Shown one piece after another: positions 1 to 10,700 of a stretch of DNA of 64,000 nt (its first letter is position 1; each line of letters opens with the position of its first letter). A program made the translations under genes and the position numbers. The DNA comes from Caecitellus pseudoparvulus (taxonomy: Eukaryota; Protista; Bigyra: Bicosoecida). The stretch lies in assembly GCA_965644315.1 (NCBI GenBank), contig CBFFRQ010000050.1, forward strand, positions 62,001 to 126,000, given 5' to 3'. The notes under the pieces are model-generated. The model ran no database searches. It was given only the letters and a program-made list of their open reading frames with translations, and was not told the origin of the DNA.

Positions 1-1369
1 TCCGGCGTGGAGATAGGCCCTGCCTTGGTGGTGATGCCGACGTGCTTGGCTCCCAGGGAACGACGCAGGGCCAGGCGCTTTCGCGTGTAGCGGTCACGCA
101 GGTTCGCCACGCAGTCCATGACGTCGGGCAGGCGCTGCGACCAGGCGGGTCCAGCGTTGTGTGCCAGCCAGTGCTTGAGCTCCACCTCTGCATGGTCGTC
201 AATGCGCCCTCGTCCAGTGAGCCAAGAGGACAGCTGCGGGTGCGCCACCCCCACTACAGCAGCCAGGTCCAGCAACTGCACCTTCTTCTCAGCCACAGTC
301 TGCGCGACGGCCAGCTTGAAGAGGTTGTCGTCAGAGATGGCCCCGCTACCTTGCGCACCGGGAAGGTCTTGGGGCAAGGGGAGCAAGCTGTCGCTGGCGC
401 CAATGCCGCCGCTGCCGTCTGTGCCCATGTCAGCCTCCAACGCCTCCTCCAGATCCACGTCATCCTCTTCCTCCTCTTCCTCCTCGTCAGCGTCCGACTC
501 GCCAGCCAAGCCCCTTACGGCACCCTGAGCGTGTGGCACTGGTGCACCTGCAGCGCGCTGCATCTGCAACTGCAGCATTTGCTGCTGCTGCTTCGCTGCG
601 AGGTCGCTCTCGTATTGCTTGATGGCGGCTGCGTTCTCGGCATCTTGGCTGAGAGCATCCACTGTTTCCCAGCTCAGCCCCGTTGCATCCTTGGGCAAGT
701 TGCGCCAGTGAATGAAATACTGCACAGAGTTGCCAGTACTCGTCACGGTGGTGCGCTTGGACAGCACTTCGGCAACCTTCGTGTAGGCAATGTCAAAGTA
801 GGCCTGGTTCCCGCTTCCTGGAGGCGGCTCACCATGGGGGAAGCGAGATGGGAGGCTCGCATGGAAGGCCGCCACCGCTTGTGCGTTCCTGCACGTGAAT
901 GAGTGGGGGAGGGAGGGGTGAGTCCACGGGTGTGTGCCCAATGATGGACGGCTCAGAGCCAGCACAGGTGCCGCCGTCAGCACTGGCCAAGAGCAGTGCA
1001 AAGCCATGCACCTCCAGTGAAACACGAAAACGAGCCACTGGATCTGGCACTCTATGTCAGGTGCCATTCATGCGCAGGGGCGAGCGCACCAACGCGCCTC
1101 AGACTTGCCGGCGCCAGGCGGAGGCCGTGCAGGGTGCGGAATTGGCACAAGGCCAAGCATTCAAACAGTACGCACGAGGGGTCCTTCTCCACCAGCGCCT
1201 GGTACGACAACCACAGGACGCGCAAGTAGCTCGTGTTAACAAACTTCACCAAGTACTCGAACATCATTTCGCTGCCCGGAGGCCCAGCTAAGTGCTGGGG
1301 CAAAGAGCGCCGGCCCAGCACCACCTCAACCCGAGACAAGTTGGGCTCCATGCCAGGGAACTGAGACAT
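1..1369 (-). CDS. Tandem chromodomain protein (CHD-type double chromo), 5' part; runs off the window start
   Basis: ATG at 1369. Exon 1 has VEVVLGRR...EYLVKFVNTSYLRVLW. GT-AG intron 889-1175 joins in frame (KDPS|NAQ). Exon 2 has YFDIAYTKVAEVLSKR...QYFIHWRNLPKDATGLSWE, then an acidic tract and an HTH-like segment, open to base 1. Confidence 0.75.
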
Positions 1370-1922
1370 GTCTTGCAATCGAGGCGAATGCGTCCTTTAA
1401 CACCTTAAGTGGGCCTCGTCAACGAGGTGCAGCAACTCGCGCTGCGCAATGGAATCACGTATGTTGCTGCCTGCGGAACCTCGCTGTGGCGCTGCTGCAG
1501 ACTGCACTGCCGAGGACACAAGCGTCCTGGACAGCAGCCGACAAGACGACTGGCGTGGTGACCAGCCTGAATTATGAGAGGGTTATATATTTTTTAGTTT
1601 TTGGCCTGCGTGTGTGCAGGAAGGGCATGATTGCCGCAAGCGAGCTCAGCCCACATGAGCAGCATGCATCACGTGCACCAGCCAGTGCTCGGCTGCCCGC
1701 GGATAGCAGGGACAAAACATCAGCAGCAGAGGGGATGGGAGGCAATCTACAGCACTATTGGCAAGATCTCTGTCTTTAGCGTGCAGCTGACTGGCCTCTG
1801 CGGGTCCCCGGACTCAAGTCAGGTCAAGCTCCAAAACCTGAAGGCTCACGAGCACGCATGGCAGCCGCTAAGTAAAGAACACGAAAGGATCAGCGTAGGG
1901 CAGAAAACTACCCTTCAATGAC

Positions 1923-3726
1923 ATGGGGCACTGCAACTTTTGGCCCATGCTGGTCTTGAGCCTGCATGCGTTGCTCCACCTTGCCAATGGGCAGTTCAAA
2001 ACTACATCTGCGCAGTTCGCGGAGCTGAAGGCACAGAGGGATGCCGAGCTAGACGAAGCGCTCAAAACCCACCCAGACTTAGTGCACATGTACTATCCAA
2101 TGCGCAATTCCATACCGCGGGAGTACTACATGTGCGCCGTGCGTTTCTGGGACGATTTCCGCAGCAGACACACAAGCCGCTCTCCTATGTTGCAGATTGG
2201 ACGAGAAGAAAGGCAGCCGAGTAAATCCCGCAGACTATTACGTGAATGTCATTTTCGATCCGTGCCGTGAGCACCCGTTCAACTGCTGCAACAACACGTA
2301 TGGCTCGGCTGAGTTCCGACGCTTGGACGTGCGCCCTGACAGCCCAACACTGGGCACGTGGGAGTATTTTACTCAAGACGGAACCCCTGCTGGGCGAGAG
2401 ACTCTGTGAGCAAGCGCAATTTTAGCTGAGATCAGCTTCGCAGCACTGGCTGCCCGTTCTAATGCTGCAGGCGGTGGCCGGACGATGAAGCTGTCTTCGA
2501 CCCTTCATGCATTGGAAACATGGAGCCCAAGGAAACATGCACTGGACCACTCATTGCCCGCAAGGACAGTCGACTTCGTCCTGTGTGTTGGAACTTCAAC
2601 TCAAGCATTGTGGCGAATCAAAACTGCCGTGCTCCGGCAGACGGCACCCTGCTGCCCTCCTGCATGGAGATCGGCATCACTTCCACAGCCTTCATTCCAG
2701 AGTGCTCCAAAAAAGAAGCTTCCAATTGCGGGACGTTCCTTGAAGTGCATCAGCCAGGGAGCAGGGAAATATTGACAGAGGTTCGCCTTTCGGGGCAGTT
2801 CATGTCGGGCTACAAAATGGCAGTCATTTCCATGAACTACAGGCGGGATCAGACCCGCGTCTTGTGCGAAGGAGACCATGAGGTGCGTAGCTGTCCCACC
2901 TCGCGTGCCAATGATGGTGGTCCTATGCTGGCCTGCTTGCACCCGAGCACAGATGTGGTGGGTGCACCGAACAAAGTGGGCCTGGATCGTGGAACGAAGG
3001 CTCCCCTTCCATATCTCTTCGCCACAGTGCGACTGGAACTACAACCACAACCGGTGAGCAACGTCAGCACAGCGTACTTCATCATGCTCCATGCCATGGT
3101 CCTGGCGCACTTGCAGGTACGAGCCGTTCGCAACATTGGATGCATCCTTGACCACCATCTCTAGAAAGCTCCGACTGGATGACTCCAACCTGCTCTTCAC
3201 GCGCACACGCACGACCGGCCGACCAGGCTATGCTGGGAAAGGCATGGGCGCAACGATGGTGACAGAGGACCGGGATCCATATCACGTTGCCGCTGAGTTC
3301 AAGCACGGAAATCCGTATACCTACACCTTTGCGCCATCACAACCTCAGCTCGACCTCTCGGACGGAGAGCTGTACCCGACGCATGGTGCATATGCCGCCA
3401 GGTATGGAGAGCACCCTCGAAGAATCCAAGCCAAGCATCTTATTGACTCGGAGATGCAAGCGGCGCTTGACTTGGTACTCTCAAACCCATCCCGATCCTG
3501 GAATCCGCCCCTAGGTCCCGTAAAGCCACGGCAAGTTCAAGAGCCGTCGGCGGTAGTGGGAAGCGTACAGGATGAGAGAACCCCACCGAACCATCTAGAA
3601 GTTGCGTATTCTGCCGCAGGCCATGGAATGGAGCAACGCACACGGCGGCTACAGAGGCAGTCCGAGCGCCGACCACAAGAGGGTGCGCAAGGAGACCCTG
3701 CAGGTCCTGAGGAACTTGCTGTCTAA
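1923..3726 (+). CDS. Secreted Cys-rich protein of unknown function, spliced
   Basis: Signal peptide MGHCNFWPMLVLSLHALLHLANG. Four in-frame GT-AG introns (2132-2195, 2406-2470, 2883-2952, 3054-3116) link the ORF fragments at 1923, 2197, 2520 and 3091. The 3' end is uncertain. Confidence 0.65.
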
Positions 3727-4714
3727 GTTTGTGGTGGATTCCTGCCCGGCTGATCAGAAAAGTGCTGACTTGGTTGCCCATTCACCCAAGTTGAGAACAG
3801 CTGGAATGGGATCACTTCTACGATAGGCCTGGACAGCAGAAGAGGGGCATGTCCTCCCACCCCCATCAATGCCACCACACAGCCTGCGGCACCCCGCCTC
3901 ATCGCACGCCTTCGACGTACTGCAAGCTGGAGCAGTGATTCGCGTCGCTTTCGGACTCGGCGCTGTGGAGGGGGCCCAACATCAGTCGGCTGAGCGTTCG
4001 GAAAAAGGTCAGTTCCTACCTGTTCCTCCACATCGCGCGAGGCAGGAGCAGGCGGGGGGGCTGCAGGGCGTGGCGGCCTTTCTGGCCTGAGACGGCGAAG
4101 CGGGCCTTGTGGAGTCAAACTCTCGTTCTGGACAGCGTGTAAATGCGGTAGTCTCTTGCGTGGCGCCTCTCGCTCCTGTCGTCCGTTCGATGCTACATCC
4201 GCTGAGAGAACAAGGGAGGATTGATGCAAGAAACACGAGTCCAGGTCCGAATCTCTGCTGTGGGTGCACGCCTGGGTGTCTGCAGTGCCGGTGCCCGCAG
4301 TGCAGGGTGACATCGGCGTTTCATCTCCAACACCAGTCAACACGCCCTCTCTTCGCTGGCCGCTAGCAGACACGCGCTGCGTGTGATCTACCCTGCATAG
4401 GCGCAATCAAACATGGTGAGGGGGTGCAAGGAGTCACGTATATGCCGAGGCCAACGCGCGGGCGATGAACATGTACTTGCCCAATTTGCTCCAAACTAGC
4501 ACGGCGAAGCGTGAGGTTGGTCCCTGCGCTTGCTCGCAATTCACCGCGAGATGCCATGCTGCCATCTGCGCTCCCAGAGAGACAACCCCAACGCGTATAC
4601 ATCTTAGGCCGGGAGAATGTGCAAGAGCTCAGGGGCTGGTGTCCACAAATCGATCTGAATTGAGCCTGCACTTGGAGCAACCAGGCACCCAAGCCACAAG
4701 GCGATCAGGGTCTG

Positions 4715-7700
4715 TCAGTCACTATCACTATCGAATCGAGTACGGCGCCTTCCCTTGGCCCCTATGTTTCGGAAGGCCCGGCGCACCGTCACTTGCGTCC
4801 CCAGGTCGCCACACAGCAGGCGGAACAGCGCCGCCGACAGCGCACCCACAAACAGTATGTTCAGCGCGAAGATGAGCACAGTCACAAAGGCTTTGGCGGC
4901 AGGGGTGGAGTCAGGGTCGATGAGCGTGGAGCCGCCATTCAGCGTCACCATGGTGACGACGATGGACGCGTTCTCAAAATGGTTCAGCACATGGCTGCGG
5001 TAGGGCAGTGCAGCGTTGTGCAGGAGGGACGCAATGACCATGAGGGTCGTGCCCGCAGTGGTCTGCACGCCGATGCCGGAGGGCCGCAGCAGCACCCCCA
5101 CGAAGGCCAGCCCCACCTTGCGCATCTGCACGACGATTTCCCAGTAGTACCGCTCCTCTCGGAAGGAGGAGAAGAGGAACCCCAACACCGCGCGGGTCTC
5201 CGGCTCACGCAGGCGGTGCCGACTGCAGAACAGGGCGGTGCCTGTCGCGCCAGACACGCCGAAGCCGTACACGACCAGGGCGGCGATGCCCACGCCGTAC
5301 ATCCAGCCATGGTTGCTGCTGTCGTCACAGTCGAACTGCAAGTCACCCACCAGCATGCTGCGGCCAGACACTGTGGTGCACGTGAACATGGACAGGGCGG
5401 TGCGGGTCAGGCTCAGCTGGAAGACGAAGAAGACGACGATGATGGAGACTTTGAAGCACTTCCAGGGGGTCATGATGACTGGCTTGGCCGTGAGCACGCT
5501 GCCCGGCGCGTGGCTCGGCTTCACGCTGCGCTTGGACCGCGCCAGCGACCCCATGCGGTTGGCACGGGCCCGGCTGGTGATGGGGCGTGCCTGCTCCGCC
5601 ACGGTGGGCGTTGCCGCCTTGCCTTCCGCCGCCTGCTCTGCGGGGTCCAGGCACACGCCATGCAGGCGCTTGGGCTGCGACGACGGCGTGGGGGCGTCCG
5701 TGACCACCTTGGGTGTCGCGGCGGCCTGCCTGGCTGCCTCCAGCAGTGCCTTGTCCTCACTGGTGTGGAACATGGGGTTGGCTGCCACGCCAGCCAAGCG
5801 TGCGTCGTCAAACGCGCCCTCTGCCGCCTCTCCCACAGGCCGCCCAGCAGTCGGCGACACAATGATGCGCTGCTCCGCCGATTTCAAGTGCGCAGCAGCC
5901 TTCGGAGCATAGCCATTCACAGCGACCAGTGGGTCGTCCGGGCGTGCAGAGCCGCCGTACCACAGGGCAATGCGTGCCCCCTCCGCCAACGTCCACACAA
6001 TCACCACCATGAACACGGCAGCGATGGGCAGCAGCAGCTGCACGATGCCATTCCCCAAGAATGTGCTGGTGAGGTCGTACCCCAGGCAGTCGATGCTGAG
6101 CAGCGCCTCGCCAACGTTGGACGACGCGTCAAACAGCGCGAACATCGCCTCCAGCGATGCCGGCCACTGCATGGGGAAAGCAGATGCCAGCGCCACCTGC
6201 TGCAAGTGCACCAGCATGAGCTTGGCCAGGGCCACGTGGGGCTTGGTCGTCGCACCTCGTGACCTCAGGGCTGTGCGGATGAGGAAGCTGATCATGAGCA
6301 CGCCCGTGAAGAAGCCCCCCACGAAGGCCAGGCGCACCAGGTGGATGGGGCCGCATGGCACACACAGGCCGTCCACCTGTGGCGAGAAGCCAAACTCACA
6401 GTTCCCACACAGCGGCCCCTCATACCCCGTCGCGCACTCTTGGTGGATGGCAGCTGTGGAGGCGCTGCTGAAGGCCCCCCGTGGCACGGTGCTGTTCCCG
6501 CCTCGCGTGTCCATGAACACGGCTGCACCGCTGGGGCACGCCTCGTCCAGCCTGCACCGCTCGAAGTGCAAGCCGTCAGGGCTCCACGGCACGCGGAAGT
6601 ACCCCCTCACATTGCTCAGCGCCTCCCACGTGTCTCCACCGCACACCGCTCCCTCGGGGCACTTCTTGCACACAGCCTGCGCCCATTCCCCACGTGCAGC
6701 GTGCTGGGTCGCCAGGTACTCGTCACGGTCGCACTTGGCGTACACTGGGCCGATGACATGGGAGACGGGGCCAGACGTCGCATTGCGTCGCTGGGCGTCT
6801 GTGACGCCATACACCCGCATCCAGAACGGCTGTGAGGGCGTGTTCAGCACGCGCACAATGAGGCGCTGGCCACCGCTGCTGCTCTGCAATGCACGCGCCT
6901 GACTCGTGCTGTTGCCACCGCTGCCTGCCCTGCCACATGCAACTGACGTCGTGGCGGCGTACACGACATCATCGCTCTCCACGTTGCGCAGGATGCGGGT
7001 CTGGACATCCGACGCCCCCACAACGCCGTCAAACCAAGGCTGCGTCGTGAACTGCACCACCCACTCCTGCACTGGGAACGACAGGGTGATTTCGTCGTCA
7101 GCCCAGGAGAACTCCACACGAGCGATGCCATCAGTGGCGTCACGGAACCCGCACAGCTCCACAGGCGCTGTCACAGGGGGCAGAGGGTCCTTGTCGTATG
7201 CAAAGGTGTTCTCAGGGGCACTCTCACTGCGCCACCCTCCCGCCGTCTCCACGCGCACCGGCAGCCCGGCGATGTCCTGCACAGCCTCGCTCAACGGGGC
7301 GGGCACCCGCACCGACAGGGAGATGGGGCCTGCCCACGACACGTCAGCTGCAGGCACCTGCACAGGACCCACCCACACGCCCGTCACCTCCTCAGCTGCC
7401 CAGCCAAAGTTCCGACCTGCGAGGGACAGCGTGTCCCCTGCCCGAGCCTTGCCCGGGGAGATGCTGCTCACGGCCGGCGGCCCCATGATGCGCAGCTCCC
7501 CCAGCTGAGAAGGCACAGACAAGCCCTCGTTCGTGATGGCCACGACGCGTGACGCCTCTGAGGCCGCCCCCACCTCTCGAGGCAGCAGGGCAGCCTGCAC
7601 GCCAGTGCAGATCATCTGGCGGGCATCAGGCGCAAGGGTCAGCGTGCCCTGCAAGGCAACGCAGTTGCTGCCTGCCAGCAGCATGCGGCCAGGGGAAGGG

Positions 7701-10700
7701 AGGGCTGGATCCCCCAGCGCCAAGCCGACGACCGTGATGTTGTACGTGTTCCCGAAGCCAGGCGGGGAATGCAGCAAGTTGCTGGGGCGTACCAGGAACA
7801 CTGCAGGCTCCACGTACGACACAACCCCCGGCGGCGACACACCCACCAGCCCCACTGCCGTCGTCACTCGCACGACGACTCGGTCAGCATCGGACAGGCT
7901 GTCTTGCAGCGATGGCGCCTGGCACCGCAAGCGGGTTGCCGACACCAGCACAACATTCGTGCAGGCGGCTGCTCCCAGCGCCACGCCAATGACATCCCCC
8001 TGCGCCTCACCAAAGCCCGAACCGAAAATCTGCACAGTGGTCCCACCTGCCGCACTGATGAGGGATGGCAGCGCTGATGACACGCCTGGGTGTCCGTACA
8101 CACGCAGTTGCAGGCCAGTCACTGCCTGCACGCCCGACACCACCAGCTGCACCTCCGCACGACTGTCCAGACTCACATTCCCCAACGCCACACCCCGACA
8201 CCACACCAACGTGTCGTTCACATACTCGACATGCCCACATGGCACCCCGCCCACGCTGCCCTGCATGGCCCCCACAGGGCCCGCCGCAAACGACACACCA
8301 AACCCCTCACCCAACAACGCCACATCCAGCACAGCACTCGCAGATGCAGGCGCCAACACGTACCGCGGCGAGATGGACTGCACACGAGCCGCCGCATACT
8401 GCAACGCAGCGTCCACATACTGCACACTCCACCCCCCCGCACGCTGCAGGGTCACAGGACTCAGCAGCCCCGTCCCACTGGGCACGTCGCACTCCAGCCG
8501 CGTGTCGGACAGCACCTGGATGTCGGTGCAGGGCAGGGAGTCAGGCCCCAGGGCGATGCCCAGGATGTCCCCCGAGCGTGGGGCGCCGTACTGCCCATCA
8601 GCACGCCCGAAGCCATCCCCCACCAGCTGCACACGGGCACCGTACACTGGGACAGTGCTGGGCTGCACACCGAACACCACAGGCTGCCCGAACACGTGCA
8701 CCGTCGCAGTGCGGGTGCTGTATGGCGCGCCTGCCACACTCACCAGCACCTCAGCACGCGCATCTGCCTGGAGCTGGCTGCTGTTCAAGCCGACACAGTC
8801 CACTTGCTCAGGCGAGACGTACGCCCACGATGCACAGGGCAAGCCAGCAATGGAGCCTGTGATGGCCCCATCTGCCGTAGGCGCAGCGATGGACCCGAAG
8901 TCTGCCCCGAACAGAGACACGCGGGGCACCAAGGCCGCCCCCCCCACAGCGCGAAGCAGATACACCGGCGACACACCCGTCACATTTCCAGCAGCATACT
9001 CCAGCGCCGCACTGGCCAAGCTGGCGTTCCAACCGCCGTCACGGTGCACGACGACAGGCGACAGACTGCCCACACCAGCAGGCACAGTGCAAGAAGCGCG
9101 GGTGGAGGAGATGGCCCGCACACTGGTGCACGCCACCCCACCCACCGTCACAGCGGTGATGTCCCCTGCTGCTCCAGCCCCCCACTGCCCCTCTGCACGG
9201 CCAAAGTTCAGGCCATCCATGGACACAGTGCCGCCTCCCACTGGCACAGGCACCCCTGCCACAGTGAACACCTGCATGCTGCCGAACAGGCGCACGGACG
9301 CAGGCAACTCTGCTACTGCGCCTGCCACCTCCACCGACACCCCCACCTGCACAGTGCTGGGCGGCAGGGAGGCGGTGTCCAGGCCCTCACACCGCACCTC
9401 CGCACCAGACACCCAGACGACCTGCGGGCAAGCCACACCTCCGACCCACACCGCCACGTCCCCAGCGCTTCGACCCAGAGCCGAGCCGTGCAGTGTCACA
9501 CTGGCATTCACCATGCCGGCTGCAGGAGACAGCACGATGAAGCTTGGATCCACAGACGTCAGCGCGGGCGTCGCGTACCGCAGCTGCACAGCATTGCTGA
9601 CCTGGTCTGCCACCCGCACACGCAGAGTGCGGGAGCCGTACCCTGGCGGCAAACTGCAGGAAGCAGAGGACGTGCTCACGTGTGACAACCCAGCGCACAG
9701 CCCCTCCACACCATCCACCAGCACAGCGATGCCCACCTCAGCAACAAGGCCAGTGCCCGTGGCATTGTCGCGTGGCAGGCCAAAGTCAGCGCCTTGGAGA
9801 GCCACGGTGCCGCCGAAGATGCTCATGCCGCTTTCAGGGACCAGGGCCAGCAAAGTTGGTGCCCGGTATCGGAAGGTAGTGGAGGAGGTCCAGGGGTTGG
9901 GCAGGGTGGGGATGGTGTGGTGAATGCGCAGCGGGAAGGCGCTGTGGGTGGAGTTTGACAGCGGGGGAATCGAGCAGGATAGCTGGGTTGCTGCTTTTTC
10001 GATAAGTGGGAATGCGCATACGCCCCCATCGATAGTCACCAAATTGCTTCCATTGTTAAACAACTCGAGCGCCCAGAAGGTGCCAGTGAAGCTCATGAAG
10101 CTGCTGCCTTGTGGGCTCAAGGAGGCTCCGCCTGGGCCTGTGACTGACGTGACTCTCAACAACACGTCGTCTGCTGCTGCTGGACTTCCTTCCTCTGGCC
10201 ACACGCAGGTGTCACTCCATGGCCCTGCCTCAAGCGTATCCAAACTGGCTGCCTCACAAGCTGATCCAAAGGAAAAAGGAATGTACGGAACCGTTGAAAC
10301 GAACGAGTGGTGCACACGCTTCGCCAACCAGCGAGGGATCGAGATCGTGGAGAGGAAGCTGCAGTCGTAGCAGTTCAAGTGCGTTATGGGAGACATCACT
10401 GGCGCGACACCGTGGAATGTAAACTCTGGCGAAAAAGCTCGAACCGTCGACGAGCGAGCCATCTGCAGAATGTTCCGATGTAGGGCTACGCTGTGATTCC
10501 CGATGGCTAGATCTACGCCAAGTCTATCTGTGAAGCCTGTCCCCAAGCCCCAGGAGGCGCGGCCCCAGCAGACAACTTCCCCCGTTTCCAGCAGCGCGCA
10601 AAGATGGGAGTCTCTGCACTTTACTTGAAGGGCGGGCGCAGGAAGCTGCACAGGGCCTGCGTCCACGGGGTCGTGGGTGTGTCCAATCTTCACTCCAGTC

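Noticed and set aside
42-902. 286-aa plus-strand ORF
   Set aside because: Antisense shadow of the chromodomain gene exon 2.
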